Assembly: GCF_001194135.2 (NCBI RefSeq)
Contig: NC_068988.1
Location: 50,618,506 to 50,682,505, forward strand
Direction of reading: 5' to 3'
DNA: 64,000 bases
Source: Octopus bimaculoides
Taxonomy: Eukaryota
This document shows positions 46,284 through 58,127 of this stretch, one piece after another (position 1 is the stretch's first letter; every line of letters begins with the position of its first letter). The notes beneath the pieces were generated by a model. It saw only the letters and a program-made list of their open reading frames with translations. It had not been told where the DNA came from and searched no databases. A program made the position numbers and the translations under genes.

Positions 46284-46604
46284 TGTATGCGAGTTGGTAA
46301 CAAAAAGTTTTCCGACTAGTTCTGTAGCGTCAACAGATGACAGCACACGGTTGCGTGTAAAATGAGAGCTAATATTGATCTTCATGTCGCTGTGATAATC
46401 CAGAACGAATCGGAGAAAGTCCTCGACTCGCTTAAGGAAAACGACTTCCAGTCCGGATTCCAAAAGTGATAGGAATGCTAGGGCTGGTGTATTGCAGCAC
46501 AAGGTTACTTATTTCGAAGTAGATGATGTTAAAACTCAGGTAAATAAGTTATTTTTTTATTTATGCATTACTAGTCCTCCAACTCTTTGATATCACCTCG
46601 TATA
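46284..46604 (+). mobile_element. Short mariner deletion derivative (MITE) related to 44825-45737
   Basis: Similar TIRs (…actagtcctccaactctttgatatcacctcgtata) and the transposase 3' end. Confidence 0.8.
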
Positions 46605-46961
46605 TTCACATTCCATTCTTCATTTCTTTCTTTCTTTCTTTCTTTCTTTCCTTCCTTCCTTCCTTCCTTTCGTTCGTTCGTTCGTTCGTTTGTTTGTTTG
46701 TTTGTTTGTTTCTTTCTTTCTTCCAAATGAACTCGTTCAACCAGCTAATTCGACTTATGAAAACTATCATTATCATGAATTTCAAATGTAAATCTCTTGG
46801 CCCACATTTCAAAAATAAATAAGTAAAAATATAAACAAACAAATAAATAAATAAATAAATACACAAATAAATAAATAAATAAATAACGTAAAATTTCTCC
46901 GTGCGCAAAAGTATCAGTAATTGTTTTTCTAACTAAATTTGCCTTGTTTTATCATATCTAG

Positions 46962-46997
46962 ATGAAAAACGCGTCCAAGTACCCTGGTGGAAAAAAT
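46962..46997 (+). CDS. Microexon A (36 nt): [12 protein letters not shown]
   Basis: gccttgttttatcatatctag| ... |gtatgt; flanks homologous to the other units. Confidence 0.72.
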
Positions 46998-48095
46998 GTA
47001 TGTCTACAAAGCAAGAATCAATTAATAGATGCACAGAATTATAGGCGACAAGTGTGTTTGCGTGTGTGTTTGCGTGTGTGTTTGCATGTATGTGTTTGCC
47101 TGTTTGTTTGCATGTGTGTGTGTGTATTTGCGTGTGTGTGTGTTTGCGTGTGTGTTTGTGTGTATGTGTGTTTGCATGTGTGTTTGTGTCTGTGTGTGTG
47201 TATGTGTGTGTGTGTATGTGTGTTTGTGTGTGTTTGTATGTGTATGTTTGTGCGCGCATGCGTGTGTGAGTGCGTGTTGAAGTATGATCGTAAAAGTCGT
47301 TCTCTTTGTGTAATAGCGAATTTATCGCATCTATCCATGCATAAACTTGGAGATACACATATACATACATACATAATACATAATACATACATACATGCAT
47401 ACACATACATATATTCATATAAAGACACACACGTATACACACATGCATACATACATATATATATATATACATACATGTATATCTACATACGTACGTGCGT
47501 ACATACGTACGTACATACATGCATACATACATACACACATACATACATACATACATACATACATACATACATACATACATGATGACTGAAACTCAATTTT
47601 GCGGAATGTCATCGCTTGATTGCTCTCTTATAGCAGCATCTATGTGACTTTTCAGTCCTGCAAGGGTCAACACTTTTATGTAAAAATGTAGTAATGATGG
47701 GCACCTCTATCAGCAGGTGTTCAGAGACTTATCACTCACACTGTTACATGCCTTCATTCTATTACGGTTTTTTTTCATTGTTTATTTTGACTTGTTCGGC
47801 TATGGCTACCCATAATATACAATACGTAATAGAGATGTTAAAAAAAATTAAGCGGTGACTGTATCCGAATATTTTTAAGTGTGGGAAGACCTTGTACAGA
47901 GCCAGGCACCTTGGGCAAGCGTCTTCTACTATAGTCTCGGACCAACCAAAGCCTTATGAGCGGATTTGGTAGACGGAAACTGAAGAGAAGCCTGTNNNNN
48001 NNNNNNNNNNNNNNNNNNNNNNNNNNNNNNNNNNNNNNNNNNNNNNNNNNNNNNNNNNNNNNNNNNNNNNNNNNNNNNNNNNNNNNNNNNNNNNN

Positions 48096-48145
<50 letters not shown>

Positions 48146-48186
48146 CTATTATTATCATCATCATTATTATTATTATTGTTATTATC

Positions 48187-48269
<83 letters not shown>

Positions 48270-51200
48270 CATTATTATTGTTTTCCATCATTATTTCCAT
48301 CATTTGTAAATTGAAATGGGGAAATGAGAATTGTTTCTTAAAATTGAAATCGTGAGTGAATGAGAAATTAAAATGAAATCTGAATCGAAAAATATTGTAA
48401 TTGAAATTCGGTATGGAAGCTAACAAAGAGTTCTTTTAGATTTTAAATATTGTTTTTCGATTTGAGTTCGGAGTTTCTTACAAATAGAAGTTTTCCAGTC
48501 ACCAAATATAACTCATATCATAAAAATTATCAATTGTGTGAAGTTCAGATTTTACTCCCCGACCTTGAAAGAAAGAACAAAACCAAAAAGAGAAAAGAAA
48601 ATACACAAAACAACAAAAACAAAACAAACAAAAACAAATTCTCATTCGGAGTTAATGTTCTCAATGCATTTCATCTTATTTTATAATATACAGATAAAGA
48701 TCATGACTACGGTAGCAGGCGTTGGCATCGTAAGTATACAAATTTAGAATAATCTTTTTACCGAAAAATTGATATGCGATAACTCTATATATTGATTTGT
48801 AACATTGGTACAGAGCTACATATCATTGACAAGAGGGTATGGTATATTGAATCGATCTCAGCACTTGACTGGTACTTTGTTTTATCCACTCTTAAAGGAT
48901 GAAAGCTAAATCTGACATCTTCGGGATTTGATCTCAGAAATTATAAGGCTGCAACTTACTACTGCAAAGTATTTTGTCCGACGCTCTAACGATCTTTCTA
49001 ATCTATCATTTACTATCCTAATACTTCAATGGATGATAAACTTCATACATACATATATACAGGTATACTTGCATACATAAAAACATACATACATACATGC
49101 ATACATGCAGACTTCAGCTTTTTGTCTGAACGTATATAGTTTTCACAAAGTCATCTTACCTTCATATGAAATAGCTTAGCTGTAAAATTCTGGTAAAGTT
49201 TTATGCGAATATTTTCCCTTATTTAAGGATTAGATATATATATTTCAGTATATATGTGTATACTATCACTTCGGCACTTGACGTGTGGCACACCGCGCAT
49301 CTGTAAAGGCAAAATCAGTTTAATGGAGTACGTGAGCTTATGTGCAGCACAAGCATTTGATCATTATAAACAAATCCTCTGTATAAGGTGTTGAGCAAGA
49401 AATTACAGAACCGTCTTCCTTGGATCGAGAGATTATCATTAAATTAAGTATGTGTAAATGAGTTAAATAGCTTTTCGGTAAAGCTTCGTTCGTATTGCAT
49501 GTTTATGAAGTATGTACGATAACACACACTTAAAAGCAAGGCAAAAATAGAAGAAATCTCAAGCTATGAATAGTTATGAAATTTAATTACTGCTAAATTC
49601 TGTCGAAACTTTCAAAATCTATCAGCATATTTTAAATTTACAAATCCTCATGCTTAATGCTAAATAACGAACTAGATCAAAGACAAGAATTTACAAGCTT
49701 TGGTGAAAGAGTAAAGTATAAGTCGGCGTACTGAAAATATATAATGCTGAAGAAGCTGTCCTTCAGATATAATTAATCAGATTAATATATGGCTTCAACG
49801 AAACAGGATATTAGTTCAAGAATCTCAGAATTTATCGTTGGTATTTCATAACATTGAATGGAAAGTGTAAAGATTTCTGAAGATGTACCAACAACTTTCA
49901 ATCTTATCAATAAATAAATAAATGAATAAATAAATAAAGCTAAAATTGTTCACTCGACTGTCTTCCAGTACGTTTTCTTTATGATTTTGATTAGCTGTCC
50001 CGAAGTGTTTTCTTTATATAATTGTACCTACTGTATTATCATTACATTGTATCATCTCAGTTAACTGAGGGAAGAAACAGGGAATATGGTAGAGTATATA
50101 TATTTCGCAGATATATTAACAAAATAATACAAGAAAAAAGACAGGAAATAAACACAAGAAAGTAGTGGCCGGTCTCAAAATACCATTAATTATCTCGTTT
50201 ACTATCCTGTGATTCTGCACATATATCACTTAACATATTACTGAATGCACTATGGAGCTCCCGTAAGCTCGTATAATCAAGTCAAATCTGTCTTTTCTGT
50301 AATTCTAAATGTACTATTTTACATCTACAAGATAATTTAACATTATGAGGACCGAGTATTCTATTAATAATCTTGATAGCACGCCTCCACATCTACATTA
50401 TTTCGTTGGTTGTGATAAAAAAATAGTTCTGTATTGATTATTTGACATCATCAAAAATATTCTAAACGGAATATTTTCTGGTTATTTATTTATTCTAAAT
50501 ATTAAAAAAAATTCTTATTTATTTATTTATTTATTTATTATTTATTTATTTATTTTTCTTCATTTATGGTCCGTTTGCATATTTAAATTTTGTGTTTTGA
50601 CTTAAATCAAATTCACAAGAAAATGTGAAATCGAATTCAATTGAAAAAGTTATAAAGATTGTTGCTGAAATTAGGAATGGAACGGAAAAATCAATAATTT
50701 CAGTTGTTTAAATATCTGTTCTCGATTAATGCTTATATTTTAAATTCTATATATTCATGTCTTCAATTAACTCTTACCAGACAAAATTTGGTTTATAAAA
50801 ATATTAGCTTGATGAAACTTGTATTTTAAACTGAAAATAATATCCTTCTAAAGATATTTCCGCTTTGTTTTCTAATATATAGGTAGACATCATGATGTTG
50901 ATTGGCATGGGAATCGTAAGTAAAACAAACCTAGAATTATATTTTAATCGAGAAAAGTCAATGTGTAACTTTCTATATCAGTTAGTTGGCACTCCGTCGC
51001 TTACGACGTCGAGGGTTCCAGTTGATCCGATCAACGGAACAGCCTACTCGTGAAATTAACGTGGAAGTGGCTGAGCACTCCACAGACACGTGTACCCTTA
51101 ACGTAGTTCTCGGGGATATTCAGCGTGACACAGTGTGACAAGGCTGACCCTTTGAATTACGGGCACAACAGAAACAGGAAGTAAGAGTGACAGAAAGTTG

Positions 51201-52878
51201 TGGTGAAAGAGTACAGCAGGGTTCGCCACCATCCCCTGCCGGAGCCTCGTGGAGCTTTAGGTGTTTTCGCTCAATAAACACTCACAACGCCCGGTCTGGG
51301 AATCGAAACCGCGATCCTATGACCGCGAGTCCGCTGCCCTAACCACTGGGCCATTGCGCCTCCACACTTTCTATATTAACTTCTGACATTTGTACAGGAC
51401 TAGATATTTTCGATGAGAGAATAAAGTACATTGAATCGAACTCAGTACTAGGCTAGCACTTTAACTTATTCCCTCCGGAAGAAAGAAAGCTAACATTGAC
51501 ATAGAAGAATTTCAACTTAGGACAAAGTAGGTATAGCTACTTATATTCTATAAAGGATTTTATATGACGTTCTAATGATTCAGCAATAACGCCTTCTTAA
51601 TAGCTATTTGTATTAAGGTACAATAAGATCCCTCAATGGGTGATAAACTTAATATATACAGATATTGTTAAGTGTAAATGTTATTTTTAAGTTTGAACGC
51701 ATATAATTGCTTCCATGCTATAACATGAAATAGCAGAGCTGAAAAAAAGAAACGGTTATGACTCTATCTAAATATTGTTGCGTAAGTATCTTAATATTAC
51801 ACACACTTTAACATAAATGTATAAATAAGTTCATTAATCCTTTAGCAATAAATCTTTTATGTTATTTAAGTATGTCCGGTACCTTTAATAACCCGAAACA
51901 CACAAAAAAAAAAACAAGTTGAGAATAATTATAAAATTAAATTTGATTAAAATTTGTTGATACTTCTAAAGCCATCATCTTACATCTTAAATTGTATATA
52001 CGTTGACTATCAATAGTTAAATTCATTATAACCAACCGCTGATATAATTAAAGTACCCCTTATATTTGGCGTAATCCAATATATTCTGAACTGTTAACTT
52101 TTTTCTGTTTATTTATTTTGAGCAATCATTTGTTCATAATTTTTTACGTCCGTTTGAAATTCGAAATTCAGAATATGAATGTATCGTTTTAAAAGGAAGT
52201 CACTAGAGAATATGAAATCGAATTCAGTCGAAAACTTTAAAAAATAAAATTGAAATTCAAAATGGAATTAATAGAATAAATAATTTCAGTTGATTAAATA
52301 TTGACTTTTGTTTTCTGTTCGCATTTTAAGTTCTGTATATTCATTTCTTACAAATGAACTAAAAATTCGGTATGTGAAAATATTTACTAAATGTATTTCA
52401 TATTTTTAGTCCTATAATCCAGAATAAACTAAAAATAATGTCCTGATAGGGAATCCTTTTCTTCTAAATATATTTTGCTTTGTTTTATAATATACAGATA
52501 GACATCATGGCAGACACTGGCAAGGACATCGTAAGTACATCTAGAATAACATTTTTACTACAGGATCTAATATGTGATATTTCTATGTATTGATATCTGA
52601 CACTTTTAAAAAACTAATTTTTGTATAAGGGAGGGTATAGTATATTGAATCAACGTCCGTACTTGGCTGGAACTATATTTTATCTGTTCGGGAAAGTTGA
52701 GAACCAGAAATGACGTCAGCGCAATTTGATCGCAAAGCAGAAAAGCTGATATATAATTACTGGACAATATTTTGTCCAACATTCTAACGACCTTTTTTAT
52801 TCTTCGCCTCTATAGAATTATTTATTAAGCTGCAACAAAATATTTCAATAGGTGATAAATTTTACACACATACACGCA

Positions 52879-52940
<62 letters not shown>

Positions 52941-55900
52941 GAATGCAGATTTCAGCACAAGTGAACGCATATAATTATCGCTTTTATAAAAGCAGCATAT
53001 GAAACTTTTGAGCTACAAAATACGGTTATGATTATAGTTTTGCGTATATAAATATTATATATTACTTTAGCATAGATGTATAAATAAACCAAATAAATTT
53101 CGATAAGGAACTATTCGTTCTGCATGTTTATGAAGTGTGTACGATGCAATACAGCCAATAAACTACAAATATGCAGTGTACTCTCTCTGCAGTTTCTATT
53201 AATGCGATAACTGCCTTCGTTGCTATGGATCACCTAGTTGCGTACCACATTCTACTAGATGAACTTCTATCAATATTTTCTTCTGCTGGCAACCTTCTGC
53301 AGTTCTCTTCCTAAGCATATTTTCCGGCACTTGTAGATGCACACATGTTCAAGCTGAACATCACCTGCATTGATCTCACCATTCTTGCAGAGTCCCACCC
53401 CCAGACACATAGATAAAATATTATGAACTCAAAAACTGCGGGATGATTGAAGTCATTTCACTTGCGTTTTTGACAGTTTTTGGGGATAAGTTAAGCACCC
53501 TACGCTACTTTTTCTTTCCCATTTAATACAACGCTTTTGTGCTCGTATAAGAAGAAATTAATTCTATTACTAACATTTGCATGACAGAGTGGCATAGCTG
53601 CAGAAAGCTGATTACATATTCAACATTTCTTCCTTATGCCATTAACTTTGTCTTCAAATTCCACTGATTTCTTGTTTGCCTTTCATCTTCTGGGTTTGAT
53701 AACATTAGAACCGATCTAGCACTAGATCGATTAAATCAAACGTAAAATTGCCCCTAAATCTCTCACCTTTTTCCAAAATTTATTTCTAACATATGCACAA
53801 AGCCTCACATTTTTGGGGGAAATGTATTGCGTATCAATTAGCTACAATACTTGGTTTGTTTTTATTTCATAGAATCTGTATGAAGGAAAAGCAAAGCCAT
53901 CTTTGGTGGGTTTCGAAATACTAAAAGTTATTTTGTCCACTGCTCTTTGATTCTCGTTATTCGCAACACATGTCAATCTACTAACGAGACTCTTAAAATG
54001 CATAGACCACTTAGTAGGTTACCATGCTCTCGATAATACAATTGAGCGTTAGTGGGTCCATACAATTAAATTAGATCTTTCTACTGCTTTTACTGCCCTA
54101 TTTTACATTGACATTTGTCGGTGACTTTACTGTGTGAGAATAGAGAATCCTGTTAATATTCATTCCAAGATGTCCTACATAATTTCGGCGGCTGAGACGT
54201 TGAATGTCATGCACTATTTCGTAATCATAGTTTTTCTACCTCGATTACTTGATGAAATTCAAATGATCTCAAACAAAGTATTGTATTTCCAACAGTTTTA
54301 AAAGAAATTTTTGTATTTTATTTTCGCCTGTTTGAAATTTGTTTCAAAATCATGAATGAATGGCAAATAGAATACATTTGAAAAATTAAAAGATTAATTG
54401 AATTTTGGAATGGAATCGAAAAAATAATTTTAATTGTTTAAGTACTGACTTCCAGATTTCGTACCTTAAGTTCAATATTTAAAATTCTTTCAAACCGACT
54501 CTTCTCACAAAATTTCATCTGCAAAAATATCAGTTGACCAAATCTCATAATTTAGTTCTATCTCCCAGAATAAAATGAAAATAATATACCGAAAATAATT
54601 ATTTTCTTCTTAATATATTTCACTTTGTTTTATAATATACAGATGGACACTATAGGAAACCTTGGAATAAATATCGTAAGTATACCAATCTAGAATTACA
54701 TTTTATCTGCGAAGAGTTAGTTAATGTGTGGTTACATTAAATTAATCTCTAAAATTGGTATAAATTCAATCTTTTTTTGACGGGAGAGAAAAGTTTATTG
54801 AATCGACTTCAGTACTTGAATGGCACAGTTGTCTTATCCATTCCGGAAGAACGAAGTTCAGCATTGACATCGGTGAAATTTGATCTCAAGGAGTAACTAT
54901 CTACTGTAATCATATTAGGTTATTTAACATAATCCAAAATATTTTAAATAGAATATTTCCTGTTCAGTTTTTAGTACTTAAAAAAAAAAACATTTTGTAC
55001 GTTTGAAATTTGAAAAGCGGAATATGAGTGTGTTATCTTAGACTCAAAATCACGTGTAAATTTTAACTCGAATTAAATCGAAAAATTGAAACAAATTGTG
55101 ATTGAAATTCAGAACGGAATCGAGGAAAAAAATTCAGCTATTTACATATAAGACCTTCAGCTTGTGTTCGTATTTTGAATGTAGTAATTTAATTTCTTTC
55201 AAATTGACACTTATCACCGAAATTTGAATCTATGAATATTTCCGCTTCACGAATTTCATATTTTAATCCTACCCTCGAGAATAAACTGAAAATAATGATC
55301 TAATTGGAAATTATTGTTCTTGTTTTATACCATATAGGAAGAGTTTACTTGAGAAGATATTCGCGTAGACAATGTAAGTATGAAAATCTATAATCTTATT
55401 TTAACTGGGAAATTTTAATACTTGACTGGTACTTTATTTTATCTACCCTGGTACGATCTAAGGAAAAGTCAGCCGTAGCCAAATGTGAACATTCGGCAAC
55501 GTAGATGGATGTAACTTAGTGCCGGAAGTAGTTTTTACCCATCTCTCTGCGACAATCCCTTTTCTAAATATTAGAAATTGATTTCATACTTATTATAGTT
55601 AATGATATAATTGACGTATGTCTGGTTCACTTCGCACAACTTTCTAGTTTAAGAAATCTACTGGCTGTCTTTATAGACAATCATACCTGGAACAGGCCAG
55701 TGGACAAATACAGCTTATCTAGAATTTGCTTTCCTGATGTAACACAATTATATACCATAAATATCAAAATCATGTGATTATATTATAATCTGTTCGACCG
55801 AAAAAATAAAACAGCGCATTTCATTTCTCCGACACTGTAAACTAGAGATAAACTTTTGAATGTTTAATACACCTATTTACAATTATTCAAAAATATATAA

Positions 55901-56729
55901 TTGAATATATTAATTGTTGTAATCTACTTATTCATACATAAATAATTTCTAGAACAAATACTAAATTACTTAGTTTATCGAAGTAAAATAATTTTGTAAG
56001 TAAAAGTTTAAACATTTATAAATAAATTAGCTATTTAAAAAAAACCAAAACAGAAACACGTACTTGGAAATAAATGTTTTTGATCACAATATGTCATTAA
56101 GTAAAATTATTCATATACTATTATTATCATTATTATTATCATTAATTAATAAATAAAATGAATGTATTTATAAAGTATAATTTAGTATAATGAAGATAGC
56201 TTATTTGTAATCTATAATTAATAATTAACTACGAATATAATGATGTATTTTACAGTAAATACAAATATTTTTGCTGGAACTAATACGAAATACGAATTAA
56301 TCCACTAAAAAGTCTTTTTCCAAATGCCCACCTTACAAAATTTAAAATAACAAACCTTAAGTCTCAATAAAAAAACTTTAAAAGGAATCAGTATAAAAAT
56401 ATGAAATTAAAAGATAAAATATCAAAAAACTTAGTGCGGATCAGACATAGTAACAATTAAGGAAACAAATGTTTTAGTCTAATAATTTAATGTCTTAAAA
56501 TGACCTTGAGCAAGTGAACTAGTGGTTAGAACAACAAGATAGTGAAATAAAGTCCCAGAAAGACCACTGATTAAAATGTGGTGTGAGCAGAACATCCATA
56601 GTAAGGGAAATAAACTGAAAAAAAAAAAAAAAAAAACGCTTATACATTGATACTGATCATTACAGTGACATAAAATGTTATTTTGTTTCTATCTTTGCAG
56701 TCAGAAGACGTTACACCCGCCATGGTTAA
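46962..56729 (+). CDS. Unannotated microexon gene encoding a His/Arg/Trp/Tyr-rich cationic peptide (~78 aa visible, 5'-partial)
   Basis: Seven 33/36-nt exons with strong splice sites. Only the phase-1 frame is open across all of them, ending in TAA at 56727-56729. Confidence 0.8.
47050..47580. repeat. Compound (GT)n/(TACA)n microsatellite
   Basis: Direct. Confidence 0.96.
48096..48285. repeat. (TA)n, (AAT)n/(ATT)n microsatellites
   Basis: Direct. Confidence 0.96.
48694..48729 (+). CDS. Microexon B (36 nt): (Y)[11 protein letters not shown]
   Basis: ttattttataatatacag| ... |gtaagt. Confidence 0.82.
50883..50915 (+). CDS. Microexon C (33 nt): (R)[10 protein letters not shown]
   Basis: ctttgttttctaatatatag| ... 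|gtaagt. Confidence 0.82.
50979..51365 (-). mobile_element. Young tRNA-derived SINE with 11-bp TSD
   Basis: Minus-strand head gtggaggcgcaatggcccagtgg…ggtttcgattcc (A/B boxes); TSD actttctatat. Confidence 0.88.
52498..52530 (+). CDS. Microexon D (33 nt): (H)[10 protein letters not shown]
   Basis: ctttgttttataatatacag| ... |gtaagt. Confidence 0.84.
54643..54675 (+). CDS. Microexon E (33 nt): (H)[10 protein letters not shown]
   Basis: ctttgttttataatatacag| ... |gtaagt. Confidence 0.84.
55338..55373 (+). CDS. Microexon F (36 nt): (R)[11 protein letters not shown]
   Basis: cttgttttataccatatag| ... |gtaagt. Confidence 0.8.
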
Positions 56730-56733
56730 AATT
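56701..56733 (+). CDS. Microexon G (33 nt) with stop: (F)RRRYTRHG*
   Basis: ttttgtttctatctttgcag| ... |gtgagt; flanks not obviously homologous to units A-F. Confidence 0.72.
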
Positions 56734-57700
56734 GTGAGTATACTAAGTGAAATTACTAACCTTATTCAAGTGGTCCTAGAAATATTATTATGTTTTATTC
56801 CGAGATAGCTACAATGTAGTTCAGGCAACTTAAGATTGAATCTAAGAGGTGTTGGAAAGTTTGCGAAGTCAGCAAATCGTGTCAAATCGTCAGAACAATG
56901 AGGTAATCACCTAGGTATATTCCACTCAACAGCTAACTTCAATCAGATGGGAAAAGATCTCACAAAACGGTTATGATCCACCCTGTAAGTAGCAGCAGTG
57001 GTTTCACAGTGGAATCGAGCCGCGATTCGTTAGTCTGAAGTGTTGAACTGAATTGTAGTTGCAGGAAAACATTACCGGCAATAGACTGGCATCTTAACCA
57101 TGGGACTATTTGTTTCTCATCTCATCCAGTTATCGCAGACTTTTCTTTTATCTTTTACTTGTTTCGATCACTGAGGCTAGTCGAAAAAATCGATTCCATT
57201 TCTTTTTTTTTTTGTTTGTTTGTAAATCTGGTACTTATTCTGTCGGCTCTTTCGGCCTCTTATTGCCGGACCGCAATGTTACGGGGATGCAAACAAACCA
57301 ACACCGCTTGTAAATTGGTGCTGGGGGACAAACACGAACACAGATATATAGATATAAAAAAATATATTCATACATACATACATACATAGATATATACGAC
57401 AGGCTTCTTTCAGTTCCCGTCTACGAAATCCACTCAAAAAGTTTTGGTTGGCCTGGGGCCATAATAGAAGATACTTACCCAAGGTACCTCACAGTGGGAC
57501 TGAGCTTGGAACCATGTAGTTGTGAAGCAAACGTCTTACCACAGCCTGCACTATATCGTATAGTTGTAATGTTTTCTACATGAATTTTAGCAAATAAATA
57601 CGAAAATTTAACACATTAGAAAAGAAGTGAATGACCTTTCAGCATTAAACATAGTCTTTTACCACAAAAAGAAAATTAATGTTAATATACTTACTACATA

Positions 57701-57893
57701 AGGCGGCGAGCAGGCAGGATCATTAGCACGCCGGACAAAATGCTTAGCGGGATTTCATCCGTCTTGTTCTGAGTTCGACTTTACCTTTCATCGTTTCGGG
57801 GTCGATAAAATTAGTTCTAGGTGAACACTGGGGTCGATTTAATCGACTTACCTGCTCCCTCGAAATTGCTAGCCTTGTGCCAAAATTTGAACT
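57701..57893 (+). mobile_element. tRNA-SINE with MetaSINE-like central domain; other copies at ~1040-1290, 22197-22410, 31200-31330, 37070-37270, 58820-59030
   Basis: Recurrent core gactttgcctttcatcctttcggggtcgataaaataagtaccag; family name from memory, not a database search. Confidence 0.65.
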
Positions 57894-58093
57894 CAATATA
57901 TTTAATACATGGTGCATTAAAAAGCTAATAAGAAATATGCTTTAAGAATAAATGATGCTAGTTCATGATAAATGTCAATTTCATTTTTTCTCCTGGCAAA
58001 TACAAGAGACAACCCTGAACATGCACGCACGCGCACACTCACGCACACACACACGCACTCACACACACACTCTCTCTCTCTCTCTCTCTCTCA

Positions 58094-58127
<34 letters not shown>

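Noticed and set aside
47748-47825. Signal-peptide-like [29 protein letters not shown] with a gtaat donor
   Set aside because: The donor is phase 0. That would force the microexons into a frame reading [12 protein letters not shown]… and stopping in exon F. It also lies downstream of microexon A. Not fully excluded without cDNA.
51270-51365. tRNA-like sequence with A/B boxes
   Set aside because: It is the head of a SINE with a TSD and multiple copies, not a tRNA gene.
46962-56733. Regularly spaced conserved motifs with variable 33-36-nt inserts, superficially CRISPR-like
   Set aside because: Spacing is kilobases, the context is eukaryotic, there are no cas genes, and the conserved parts are splice sites.
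56947-56984. 38-nt segment with AG and GTAAGT after the stop exon
   Set aside because: Poor pyrimidine tract and not a multiple of 3; at most a minor UTR exon.
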